From positions 56,464-108,063 of the forward strand of contig JBBAPZ010000011.1 of NCBI GenBank assembly GCA_040400605.1: a stretch of DNA of 51,600 bases, read 5' to 3'. Below are positions 1 to 8,974 of the stretch, one piece after another. The notes beneath the pieces were generated by a model. It did not search any database and was not told the DNA's origin. It worked only from the letters and a program-made list of their open reading frames with translations. Origin of the DNA: Candidatus Sericytochromatia bacterium (GTDB lineage: Bacteria; Cyanobacteriota; Sericytochromatia; S15B-MN24; JAQBPE01). Numbering within the stretch: the first letter of the stretch is position 1; each line of letters starts with the position of its first letter. Both the position numbers and the translations under genes were made by a program.

Positions 1-262
1 CATAGCCCGTGGTGTAACCAGTATTGCCGTAGCCAGGGACGCCGTAACCGGTCGTGTAGCCGGTGTTGCCATAGCCTGGGACGCCATAGCCCGTGGTGTA
101 ACCAGTGTTGCCGTAGCCTGGGACGCCGTAACCTGTCGTATAGCCGGTGTTGCCATAGCTTGGGACGCCATAGCCCGTGGTGTAACCAGTATTGCCGTAG
201 CCAGGGACGCCGTAACCGGTCGTATAGCCGCCTGGGACGCCATAGCCCGTCGTATAGCCCCC
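1..262 (-). repeat. Coding tandem repeat, 42-bp unit (GYTTGYGVPGYGNT) with an 84-bp super-period
   Basis: catagcccgtggtgtaaccagt recurs at 1, 85 and 169. Differences between units are mostly synonymous in the minus-strand frame. Confidence 0.92.
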
Positions 263-484
263 GTAGTATGATTGTGGTTGAAAGTAGTCTTGCGAGTCGA
301 CGGGAAAGGTGCCGCTGGCAACCGGTGAGGACTGTGATCGCGGCAATGGATTGGTACGACTGAATTGATCACCATCCATTGCTCCGGCCACCCGAGCGGC
401 CGCGCCTCCAACTGCCCCGGATTGTCGTGCCGCCGCGGAAGAGTGCGTTACAGAGACTTGAGCGCTAATGGTTCGAATGGTCAT
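1..484 (-). CDS. Gly/Tyr/Thr tandem-repeat protein (5' part; runs off the window edge)
   Basis: Manual translation from the minus-strand ATG at 484 (GAGGG SD upstream): MTIRTISAQVSV...MDGDQFSRTNPLP...YYGGYTTGYGVPGGYTTGYGVPGYGNTGYTTGYGVPSYGNT... The frame is open to base 2. It is absent from the ORF track because no stop lies in the window. Confidence 0.85.
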   Translation of the reverse strand, partial: MTIRTISAQVSVTHSSAAARQSGAVGGAAARVAGAMDGDQFSRTNPLPRSQSSPVASGTFPVDSQDYFQPQSYYGGYTTGYGVPGGYTTGYGVPGYGNTGYTTGYGVPSYGNTGYTTGYGVPGYGNTGYTTGYGVPGYGNTGYTTGYGVPGYGNTGYTTGY

Positions 485-942
485 CTGAAGCCCTCACAAT
501 TCTGTATCGTGCGTTTCCCAGTGTGGTTATCGTTAGCGAGTTAAACAAATCGGTTAAAAAATCAGTAAAATACAGTTAATTTTTTAGGTGAGCATGGCGC
601 AGCAAGCGTAAACTGCGGGTCGGCAACTGAGATACCCGTCGTTTCTGTGTTGTTTGTCGTGGGGAGACGGTCTCTGGCGCTTGATGCGATTGGTTTGCGT
701 TTTGAGTTGTGCATGACGTAACAGCAAACACGCAATTGCGACATGCCGGATTGGAACCCACGCGGGCAATTGTTGACGAGGGTGCGATTCTGCACCTTTT
801 CGAAGGTGGTAAGTTGCGTGTGCAGAATTGGTTGTTTGGTTCGGAAGGGGAGGTGTCAGGCTTTTGCCGGCCGTTTCGCGTCTTCATCAGCATGTCAGTT
901 ACCGAGCTAAGCTCGAAGGGGATTCGCTTGCGCACGCTGCCG

Positions 943-971
943 TTGCTTTCAAGTTAAAGCAATGCTAAAAT
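943..971 (+). promoter_or_regulatory. sigma70-type promoter of the rpsF operon
   Basis: TTGCTT (943-948), 17-nt spacer, TAAAAT (966-971) with an extended TG motif. Confidence 0.7.
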
Positions 972-1010
972 TAAGAAAGTAAAGAAAGGGATCACGGTAG
1001 TGGTTCCAGT

Positions 1011-1090
1011 CTTCCCTGTTCTCAGGTTGAGTCACCGTGGGGGTGAACAATCGTTAAGCGAGAACCATCCATACGATGTCCGGAGGGAGG
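1011..1090 (+). promoter_or_regulatory. S6:S18 ribosomal protein autoregulatory leader RNA
   Basis: CTTCCCT (1011-1017) pairs with the SD-containing AGGGAGG (1084-1090). GTTCTC (1018-1023) pairs with GAGAAC (1060-1065). A CCG lies in the 3' internal loop, and the element sits directly before rpsF. Confidence 0.7.
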
Positions 1091-1097
1091 TGTCACA

Positions 1098-1391
1098 ATG
1101 CTTCGGAATTATGAAACCATGTACATCATCAAGCCCACACTTGATGAGGATGCCATTGATGCAGTCGCCAAGAAAGTCGATGATCAAATCGCAGGAATTG
1201 GTGGGAGTGTCGAAAAAACTGAAAAGCGCGGTCGTAAGCGTCTGGCGTACGAAGTGAAGGATTTCAAGGACGGATTTTACGTTCTGACGAGCTTCAAGTC
1301 TGATCCAGCACAAATTCGTGAACTGGAGAGGCTTTTCAAGTTGAATGATGATGTGATTCGTCATCTCGTCATTCGTCAGGACGAGGCTTAA
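1098..1391 (+). CDS. rpsF: 30S ribosomal protein S6
   Basis: RNYETMYIIKP...GRKRLAYEVK...VIRHLVIR; precedes ssb-rpsR. Confidence 0.97.
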   Translation: MLRNYETMYIIKPTLDEDAIDAVAKKVDDQIAGIGGSVEKTEKRGRKRLAYEVKDFKDGFYVLTSFKSDPAQIRELERLFKLNDDVIRHLVIRQDEA

Positions 1392-1531
1392 ACGCGGCGA
1401 AGATTGGGTTTGGCAGGCAAAATTGTTGTTTGCTCGACCCGGTCGTGTTCAGGTTGCTTTTCCGGTGAGACTGTTTGTTTGTGCGTGTAATCAAGTACGG
1501 TTACCGGGTAGTGGGGTAGGCCTTAATCACG

Positions 1532-1990
1532 ATGGGAATCAATCACATCACCCTGATGGGAACAATTGTGCGTGGCCCTGAAAAACGCGTGACCAACGCA
1601 GGAATTCCGACAGCGGAGTTTACGGTTGCGGTTGTGCGACCCTCGCGGGCTGAGGGTGCCAGTGAAATCACGGATTACATTCGTGTGGTGAGTTGGCGGG
1701 CTTTGGCTGAGAAAGTGGCGCAAGCGTTTCACAAAGGCAGTGTGGTGGTGGTGGAAGGGCGTTTGACCACCCGTTCTTTTGAAAAGGACGGTCAGCGCCG
1801 CAAAGCCATTGACGTGGACGCCAGTGTGGTTGAGGGAATTCCTGGTGGTGCGGTGCGTGGGCAAGCGTCTGACGATGAGCCGATTTTTGATGAACCATTC
1901 GATGAGCCGGTGTCTAAACAGGTACCGGCGCCGGCTGGTCGTGTCGTTGCATCGGAGCCGCCTGAACTGGATGACGAAATTCCGTTTTAG
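1532..1990 (+). CDS. ssb: Single-stranded DNA-binding protein
   Basis: OB fold (NHITLMG...VEGRL) with acidic C-terminal tip DDEIPF; rpsF-ssb-rpsR synteny. Confidence 0.95.
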   Translation: MGINHITLMGTIVRGPEKRVTNAGIPTAEFTVAVVRPSRAEGASEITDYIRVVSWRALAEKVAQAFHKGSVVVVEGRLTTRSFEKDGQRRKAIDVDASVVEGIPGGAVRGQASDDEPIFDEPFDEPVSKQVPAPAGRVVASEPPELDDEIPF

Positions 1991-2047
1991 ACCATTGCGG
2001 GCGGTGTGTTCGCCGGCGGGTTCACGTGCGAAATTGAAGGGGTAATC

Positions 2048-2296
2048 ATGGCAAGAGTTGGGAGTTCATCCAAGGCTGCTGCGCGTGTCAAGCGCAGAAA
2101 AGTGTGCACGTTTTGTGCGGATAAGATTCAGCTGATCGATTATAAAGATGTGATGCGGCTCAAGAAGTACATCACAGAGCGTGGCAAGATTTTGCCGCGT
2201 CGCGTGACCGGTACGTGTGCTGGGCATCAACGGGCACTGACAGATGCGATCAAGCGCGCCCGTGAAATTGCGCTTATGGCTTACGTCGTCGACTAG
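2048..2296 (+). CDS. rpsR: 30S ribosomal protein S18 (Zn-binding form)
   Basis: RRKVCTFC...IDYKD...[19 protein letters not shown]; start placed at ATG 2048 after AAGGGG. Confidence 0.97.
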   Translation: MARVGSSSKAAARVKRRKVCTFCADKIQLIDYKDVMRLKKYITERGKILPRRVTGTCAGHQRALTDAIKRAREIALMAYVVD

Positions 2297-2326
2297 CCAT
2301 CGCTTGGTCGCCCTGATCTGACTGAT

Positions 2327-2365
2327 GGGGTTACTGGGGTTTTCGAGCCCTTGTAACCCCTTTGT
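2327..2365 (+). terminator. Intrinsic terminator of rpsF-ssb-rpsR
   Basis: GGGGTTAC-T-GGGGTT-TTCG-AGCCCT-T-GTAACCCC hairpin followed by TTTGT. Confidence 0.65.
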
Positions 2366-2379
2366 GATTGGGGCATAAT
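2351..2379 (+). promoter_or_regulatory. Putative sigma70 promoter for pheST, overlapping the terminator
   Basis: TTGTAA (2351-2356), 17-nt spacer, CATAAT (2374-2379). Confidence 0.45.
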
Positions 2380-2418
2380 GAGACACCCATCTCATTGAAT
2401 GGCAAGGATTGTGACACG

Positions 2419-3459
2419 ATGACCCACGCGACTCATGATGCGTTGTTGACTGAAGCCCAATTGTCGTTATCGGCTACACGGAGTGTCGCCGAGCTCGAGT
2501 CGTGGCATGTGCAATATTTTGGTCGGGAACAAGGCGTTTTGACGGGTTTGTTGCGCGCGATCCCATCGTTGCCGCCAAAAGAGCGTGGGACAGTGGGTAA
2601 AGCGATCAATCAGGCCAAGCAAACTTTGGAGCTGCTGTATCAAAAACGGGCGCAACAGTTGCAACATGAGGCGATCGCCGCTCAACTGGTACGTGAACGC
2701 ACCGATGTCACCTTGCCCGCCAGGCGCCCGTTCAAAGGCAGCATCCATCCGGTGATGGCAACGAGGGATGAATTGGTCGAACTGTTTGCCTATTATGGCT
2801 TTACGGTTGCCGAAGGGCCGGAAGTGGAAGATGATTGGCATAATTTCACGGCACTGAACACGGCGGCGGATCACCCGGCACGTGATGCCCAAGATACCTT
2901 TTATTTGCAGTCGGATGGTCCTTTGGCGAAGTGTTTGCTGCGCACCCAGACATCCTCCGTCCAAATTCGGGCCATGATGGCCCAAACCCCTCCCTTGCGC
3001 TTGATCATGCCGGGCAGGGTATATCGACGTGACGATGTGACCCGGCGGCACTATCCGATCTTTCATCAGCTGGAAGCGTTGATGGTGGAACCCGGAACGC
3101 ATTTCGGCCATCTCAAGGGTCTGTTGACGTCATTATGCCGCTCGTTGTTTGGTGAAGCGCGGCCCGTACGCTTCAGACCCAGTTTTTTTCCATTCACGGA
3201 GCCGTCGTGTGAGGTGGATGTCGGATGTCCTTTTTGTGCTGGACAAGGCTGTGGCACCTGTTCTCACAGCGGTTGGATCGAACTCGGCGGTGCCGGGATG
3301 GTTCATCCGAACGTTTTGCAGGCGGTGGGGTATGACCCAAGTGTCATAACGGGGCTTGCGTTTGGGATGGGCATTGACCGCGTGGCGATGATTCGCTACG
3401 GCGTGAACGACATCCGACACTTGTGGGAGAATGATGATCGCTTCTTGCGCCAGTTCTAG
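2419..3459 (+). CDS. pheS: Phenylalanine-tRNA ligase alpha subunit
   Basis: HPARDAQDTFY, LLRTQTS, FRPSFFPFTEPS, GLAFGMGIDR; CxxC-GC-xxC insertion; ATG 2419 after AAGGA. Confidence 0.97.
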   Translation: MTHATHDALLTEAQLSLSATRSVAELESWHVQYFGREQGVLTGLLRAIPSLPPKERGTVGKAINQAKQTLELLYQKRAQQLQHEAIAAQLVRERTDVTLPARRPFKGSIHPVMATRDELVELFAYYGFTVAEGPEVEDDWHNFTALNTAADHPARDAQDTFYLQSDGPLAKCLLRTQTSSVQIRAMMAQTPPLRLIMPGRVYRRDDVTRRHYPIFHQLEALMVEPGTHFGHLKGLLTSLCRSLFGEARPVRFRPSFFPFTEPSCEVDVGCPFCAGQGCGTCSHSGWIELGGAGMVHPNVLQAVGYDPSVITGLAFGMGIDRVAMIRYGVNDIRHLWENDDRFLRQF

Positions 3460-3519
3460 CTGTTGCGCGAGTGGGCGGCATTTTTTTTGACAGGCGCAAC
3501 AGGAGATAAGGAGTACCCG

Positions 3520-5970
3520 ATGCGCGTTCCAATTTCGTGGCTCAATGAGTGTCTGTCGGAGGCACTGGATGCGGGCGTCATCCGGGACACCTTGACGCGC
3601 ATCGGATTGGAGGTGGAGTCGCTGGCCTGGTATGCGCCAGGGCTCGAAACGGTCATCGTGGGGCAGATTGTTGACATTGCGCCCCATCCGAATGCAGACA
3701 AACTCAGGGTTTGCCAGACTGACTTGGGTCAGGGGCAACGGATTCAGATCGTCACAGGGGCCAGCAATGTGGCATGCCATGACAAGGTGCCCGTTGCCTT
3801 GGTCGGCTCCATGCTTCCGGGTGGCAAAGCGATTGGACATTCCAAATTGCGGGGTGTGGATTCTTTTGGCATGTACTGCTCGCTGGCCGAGTTGGGTTTG
3901 CCGGATGATGGTGCAGGAGTCATGGTTCTGCCGCCGGATACGCCGATTGGCCAACCAATCGCTGACGCACTGCAGCTGGGTGTACAGATGCTGGATCTTG
4001 CCGTTACGGCCAATCGACCGGATGCGTTGGGTGTAATTGGCGTTGCGCGTGAGTTGGTAGTGGCTCACTCTCACCTGCAGTTGCGTCCACCAGCGCTTCC
4101 GCGGCTTGGGTCGGCCCGGCCCTCGATTGAAGGAAATGGGGTGTCGCCAATTGTGGTGCGATGCGAGGCAGAGGCTGCTTGTCCGCTTTACGGTGGATTG
4201 ATTCTTCGAAACGTCACGCCGGGTGTCACGCCGGATTGGTTACGCGACCGATTGACGAGCATCGGGTTGCGCAGCATTCACATCGCGGTTGATTTGACCA
4301 ATTATTTGATGTGGTTGACTGGCCAGCCTTTGCACGTCTTTGACGCGGACAAGATTGCTGGTGGGTCTGTTGTCATTCGCCAGGCGCGGCCAGGTGAAAC
4401 GGTGGTGACATTGGATGGGGTCACGCGCGCATTGGATGAACAGGATCTCGTGATTGCGGATTGCGAAAAGGTGTTGGCGATCGCCGGCGTGATGGGTGGT
4501 CTGACTGCGGCGGTGGATGAACACACGAAATCGCTTTTCCTCGAAGCGGCCTACTTTTCGCCGTCAGGGGTGCGGCGAACCAGTCGTCGCTTGGGACTGG
4601 GCACAGACTCGTCCTATCGCTTTGAACGAGGAGTTGATCCGTCGTCGACGCTCGATGTGCTGATACAACTGCGTGACGGCATTCTCGACTTGATGGGCGG
4701 TGAGCAGGCAGGGAGTCTGTTGCGGGTGGCGCGTGCCGACTTTCCATCCTCGGTTCAGTTTTCTTTTGGGCTGGATGCGGTGGATCGCCTGTTGGGTGTT
4801 GACATTTCCCAGGAGGAAGCCGAGCGGATTCTGCGAGGTTTGGGCTTTGTGTTGAAGCCGCAAACCGCGGATGGTGCCAAGCGCAGTGTGTATGACGTCG
4901 TCGTGCCTGGCTGGCGATGTCACGATGTCTCGTCCGAAGCGGATCTCGTCGAAGAAGTAGGGCGTCACTGGGGTTATGACAACATACCTCCGGTGTTGCC
5001 GCCCGTCATTCATCGCCCTGTTCAACATCCGCGCATGGTGTTTGAACGTAAGACTCGTGAGCTGTTGAGTTCCTGGGGATTTCGCGAAGTGGTCACCCGC
5101 TCGTTGACCACGCCGGAGGCCGAAGCAATGGCTGGCGTCCGCATGCCGCGTTACATTGCCCTTGCGCATCCATTGAAGGACATGACGGTGATGCGAAGCT
5201 CGCTGCTTCCGAGTTTGCTGGAAGTGTTGCGTCATAACCGTTATCAGGGGCAGGGCAATATGGGGGTGTATGAGTTCGGTCGCACATATACGGGACAATC
5301 GGACGGTTCGGTAGTGGAACAACTCTGGCTCGGCGGCGCTTGGACCGGCAGTTTGTGGCAGGGTATGTGGCGTGGTGACCATGCGCCTGAGCCACTGAAA
5401 GTGGATTGGGCCTCCATCAAAGGGCTTGTCGAGTCGTTGATTGAACGGATGCATAGACGGGGCGAGGTGTCGTTTGAAGCCGCCAGTGATGTGGAAGGGT
5501 TTCATCCGGGGCGCTGCGCGCGCATTCGCTTCAACGCGTTGACGGTTGGTGTTGTTGGCGAATTGCATCCGCAGGTGATGGCTGCCTATGATTTGAATCA
5601 CGGGTTGAATGGCGCGGCTTGGTTGCTTGATTTCGACCTGTTGGTGGCCCAGGACGAGCGACCGTTGGCGTTTCAGCCATTCTCCAGGCAACCCGCAGCA
5701 CTCCGTGATTTGGCGGTCATTGTGCCGGAGTCGCTCGAATCAGACGCGGTGTTGGGAACGATTCGTCAAGTGGGGGGAGCGTGGTTGGAACGGGTCAGTT
5801 TGTTTGATCGCTACCAAAGCGAGGGTCTTGGCGAAGCCAAGGTGAGTTTGGCTTTTAACCTGTCTTATCGACATCCGGAGCGAACATTGTCGACCGAGGA
5901 GGTCGAGTGTTTGCAGCGTGAGATTGTGAACGCATTGACAACGCAATTTGGGGCTGAGTTGCGTGCATAA
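3520..5970 (+). CDS. pheT: Phenylalanine-tRNA ligase beta subunit
   Basis: MRVPISWL, HPNADKL, TANRPD, SSYRFERGVD, C-terminal FDX-ACB domain; AAGGAG SD. Confidence 0.97.
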   Translation: MRVPISWLNECLSEALDAGVIRDTLTRIGLEVESLAWYAPGLETVIVGQIVDIAPHPNADKLRVCQTDLGQGQRIQIVTGASNVACHDKVPVALVGSMLPGGKAIGHSKLRGVDSFGMYCSLAELGLPDDGAGVMVLPPDTPIGQPIADALQLGVQMLDLAVTANRPDALGVIGVARELVVAHSHLQLRPPALPRLGSARPSIEGNGVSPIVVRCEAEAACPLYGGLILRNVTPGVTPDWLRDRLTSIGLRSIHIAVDLTNYLMWLTGQPLHVFDADKIAGGSVVIRQARPGETVVTLDGVTRALDEQDLVIADCEKVLAIAGVMGGLTAAVDEHTKSLFLEAAYFSPSGVRRTSRRLGLGTDSSYRFERGVDPSSTLDVLIQLRDGILDLMGGEQAGSLLRVARADFPSSVQFSFGLDAVDRLLGVDISQEEAERILRGLGFVLKPQTADGAKRSVYDVVVPGWRCHDVSSEADLVEEVGRHWGYDNIPPVLPPVIHRPVQHPRMVFERKTRELLSSWGFREVVTRSLTTPEAEAMAGVRMPRYIALAHPLKDMTVMRSSLLPSLLEVLRHNRYQGQGNMGVYEFGRTYTGQSDGSVVEQLWLGGAWTGSLWQGMWRGDHAPEPLKVDWASIKGLVESLIERMHRRGEVSFEAASDVEGFHPGRCARIRFNALTVGVVGELHPQVMAAYDLNHGLNGAAWLLDFDLLVAQDERPLAFQPFSRQPAALRDLAVIVPESLESDAVLGTIRQVGGAWLERVSLFDRYQSEGLGEAKVSLAFNLSYRHPERTLSTEEVECLQREIVNALTTQFGAELRA

Positions 5971-6030
5971 GGTGTTTCAGGGTATGCGTTTGGTTGTGCT
6001 GCAAGGGATCGATGATGAAAGAGGGCGTCG

Positions 6031-6972
6031 ATGACTGGGCAAAAAACGGGCGCAAAAGAGAGTTTTTTGTGGCGATGGTTGAGCGCGTTGGGCTTTCTCC
6101 CGCCGCCGGCGCGACCCAAACGCAGGAAAAAACGGGTGGTGTTGAAAAAAGGCACGGCATTATCGGGTGATGATGGAGGCGCATTGGAGACACAGAATGA
6201 CTTGTCGCCTCCAGACCTTCGTGAGTACATGGCGCCGCAGCGTGGTTCCGACGCTGCGGCGGCTTCGCCGTCGCGATCATTGCAGGTGGATGAGCCAGTT
6301 CGTGGCGTAGAGACGAGGGGGTTGTTCGACGCCGATGCGTTGAGGCAGATAGACGCCCTGTTTGAGGGATTGGAAGATGGCACGGGTTTGCCCTTGCCTG
6401 GTTTGGCGTCGCAAGAAGAGGGGTTGCAAACGCAGGAACGCGACGAGCAGTCTTTTTTTGGTGAGTTTGGGCACATTGCGTCGACGGACGCTCGGGGGGC
6501 AACACTTCCTTTGACGGAAGCGCAGCCAGATTTTTGGCAAGAGGCGCGAATACCATTGCCTGTTGATCCATTCGCGTCGGGGTCGAGCGCGATGGAATTC
6601 AGTGAATGGCCTCCGGCGAGGTTGCTCACATTGGATGCCGCGACAGATTTAAGCGCATTTCTCGGTGTTTTTTCGGGTGTGTCGGGTGTGGCCGGTGCGA
6701 TGGCGATTGGGCGCGACGGTCTGATCATCGATTGCACGCTGGACGATACCTGGGATGCTGAGTACATTGGGGCGCAGGCGTGCACGTTGTTTGTGGGGAA
6801 CCAGGGCCAGTTGCTGAAAATGGATTACGGTGACTTAAGGCGGTTGATTCTTGAAACGGATATTGGGACCTTGGTGGTACTCGCCTGTGATGCGGGCTTT
6901 GTGGCCGTGATTGCCGAGCGCCAAAGTCCGATGGCGGTGGGTGCCATTTTGTCGTTAGTTTCACGCCTGTAA
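6031..6972 (+). CDS. Roadblock/LC7 (MglB-like) domain protein with a long acidic N-terminal region
   Basis: The C-terminal ~110 aa (GVAGAMAIGRDGLII...LRRLILETDIGTLVV) match the Roadblock/LC7 pattern. It lies immediately upstream of pilB. Confidence 0.75.
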   Translation: MTGQKTGAKESFLWRWLSALGFLPPPARPKRRKKRVVLKKGTALSGDDGGALETQNDLSPPDLREYMAPQRGSDAAAASPSRSLQVDEPVRGVETRGLFDADALRQIDALFEGLEDGTGLPLPGLASQEEGLQTQERDEQSFFGEFGHIASTDARGATLPLTEAQPDFWQEARIPLPVDPFASGSSAMEFSEWPPARLLTLDAATDLSAFLGVFSGVSGVAGAMAIGRDGLIIDCTLDDTWDAEYIGAQACTLFVGNQGQLLKMDYGDLRRLILETDIGTLVVLACDAGFVAVIAERQSPMAVGAILSLVSRL

Positions 6973-7021
6973 AGGGAATAGAAGATTCGGCTCTTCATGG
7001 TTGAAAGTTGGGGGTGTCATC

Positions 7022-8926
7022 GTGGCTTTGGTCAAATTGAAACTGGGAGAGATTCTGCTGAATGCGAATCTGATCAATGAAAGCCAATTGAAGAAAGCCG
7101 TTGAAATTCAAAAAGAGACGAGCGAATCTCTGGGCGTGGTGCTGATCAAACAAGGCTACATTACTGAAGCCAGCATCAAAGATGCGCTTGAACTGCAGTA
7201 TGGGCTGCGTTATGTAAATCTGCGCAAAATCAAGGTGGCGCCTGAGGTTTTGAAAATGATACCGGAGAACCTCATTCGGCAGCACCAGATCGTGCCGATT
7301 CAGTTTGCCAACAATCGCCTGACCTTGGCGATGGTGGACCCGACCAATCTGATTGCAATTGACGATGTGCGATTTTTGTTGAAGGGCGTATCGGTTCAAC
7401 CGGTCATCATTACTGAAGACGAGTATTTTTTATTCCTTGATTCGCAGATCAAGGTTGATGTCAATGAAATTGCGGCCAATGCAATGGATGACCTTCTACT
7501 GGAGTTTGAAGAAGGTCTGGACGCTGACGAGTCGGAAGAGGCTGACCCCAACTTGCACGATCTGGAACGAGAGGTTGATGACGGGCCGGTCATCAAGTTG
7601 GCAAACCAGCTTTTAACGCGTGCATTGGGAGCTGCGCGGAAGGTATCGGATATTCACATCGAACCGCAAGAGCACAATATTGTGGTTCGGTTTCGTCAAG
7701 ATGGCGTTTTGCAGAAGCAGATGGAATTGCCGAACAAATTGTTGGCAGCGCTTATCTCGCGTTACAAGATTATGTCCAATTTAGACATTGCCGAAAAGCG
7801 TCTACCTCAAGATGGGCGTATTCGCGTAAAGTTTCGTGGTAAAGATATTGATTTTAGGGTTTCCACCTTGCCGTCGAAGTACGGTGAAAAAATTTGCATG
7901 CGCATTCTCGACAAGAGTAACACGGCGATTCCGTTGGACAAGCTTTTTATTTTCGAAAATGATCTAAAAGCAGTTTTAGAAATGGTCAACAGGCCGTTCG
8001 GCATTATTTTCGTATGTGGCCCGACGGGTTCTGGCAAGACGACAACGCTCTATTCGGTTTTGGGTTTCCGAAACAATCCGGATGTAAATATTTCGACGGC
8101 TGAGGATCCCATCGAATATGACTGTCCTGGTATTACCCAGTGCCAGGCCAAACCGGAAATCGGGTATACCTTCGCACGCATCTTGAAGGCATTTTTGCGT
8201 CAAGACCCTGATATCATGCTGATCGGAGAAACCCGCGACAAGGAATTGGCGAAGATCGCCATCGAGGCTGCCTTGACCGGTCACTTGGTGTTTACATCAT
8301 TGCATACCAACGATGCGCCGGGTGCCATGATGCGGCTTGATGAGATGGGGGTCGAAGGTTTCTTGACTGCGGCTGCGACGATTGGGGTGATTGCGCAGCG
8401 CCTGGTGCGGAAAATCTGCCCAGATTGCCGCATCAAGTACACACCGGACCAGACGACGATTGACTTTGTCAGTCTGAAATATGACCCGTCTCAGCCCCTT
8501 GAAATGTACAAGCACAACGAGGCGGGTTGTCCCAAGTGTGTACGTGGCTACAGTGGGCGTATGGGCGTTTATGAAATCATGAAAATGTCCGATGCGGTGC
8601 GTGAGGTGGTGGCACGCGGTGCTGGTGCCGCGCTCATTCGTTATGCTGCGAAGCAAAGCGGCATGGTTCAGTTGAAGGATTACGCATTAAAATTGGCCCT
8701 GCAGGGCTTTACGGATATCGACGAGGTGATTCGCGTTTGTTTCAGTGATGAAGGGGCGGCAAAATTGTGTCCCGGTTGTCGTGAAGAGGTGGGCGATGAT
8801 TATGTGAAGTGCCCGTTTTGTTCGACGAATTTGAAAAACCTGTGTATCAAGTGTAATACATTGATCGAGGGTGGTTGGAAGGCTTGTTCGAATTGTGGAA
8901 CGCCGGCGCCGGCGCTTGCCAACTAA
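7022..8926 (+). CDS. pilB: Type IV pilus assembly ATPase with N-terminal MshEN-like and C-terminal double zinc-ribbon domains
   Basis: SDIHIEP, EKRLPQDGR, GPTGSGKTTTLY, LRQDPD, AALTGHLV, GYSGRMGVYE; four CxxC pairs at the C-terminus. Start placed at GTG 7022. Confidence 0.95.
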   Translation: MALVKLKLGEILLNANLINESQLKKAVEIQKETSESLGVVLIKQGYITEASIKDALELQYGLRYVNLRKIKVAPEVLKMIPENLIRQHQIVPIQFANNRLTLAMVDPTNLIAIDDVRFLLKGVSVQPVIITEDEYFLFLDSQIKVDVNEIAANAMDDLLLEFEEGLDADESEEADPNLHDLEREVDDGPVIKLANQLLTRALGAARKVSDIHIEPQEHNIVVRFRQDGVLQKQMELPNKLLAALISRYKIMSNLDIAEKRLPQDGRIRVKFRGKDIDFRVSTLPSKYGEKICMRILDKSNTAIPLDKLFIFENDLKAVLEMVNRPFGIIFVCGPTGSGKTTTLYSVLGFRNNPDVNISTAEDPIEYDCPGITQCQAKPEIGYTFARILKAFLRQDPDIMLIGETRDKELAKIAIEAALTGHLVFTSLHTNDAPGAMMRLDEMGVEGFLTAAATIGVIAQRLVRKICPDCRIKYTPDQTTIDFVSLKYDPSQPLEMYKHNEAGCPKCVRGYSGRMGVYEIMKMSDAVREVVARGAGAALIRYAAKQSGMVQLKDYALKLALQGFTDIDEVIRVCFSDEGAAKLCPGCREEVGDDYVKCPFCSTNLKNLCIKCNTLIEGGWKACSNCGTPAPALAN

Positions 8927-8974
8927 GTCGAACGGTTGCGAGTCTTCTAGCGGATTGGAAGGAGAGCACATCCC

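Noticed and set aside
1..262. CRISPR array
   Set aside because: The units are contiguous with no unique spacers, the period is a multiple of 3, and variation is synonymous in an open frame, so this is a coding repeat. No cas genes are present.
160..957. Short ORFs 160-363, 562-795, 576-935 and 709-957
   Set aside because: They are antisense to the repeat gene or lie in a divergent promoter region, with no recognisable motifs or good SD.
2297..2418. T-box riboswitch before pheS
   Set aside because: The gap is too short and lacks the T-box sequence (AAnnnGGGTGGnACC). The hairpin is better explained as the rpsR terminator.
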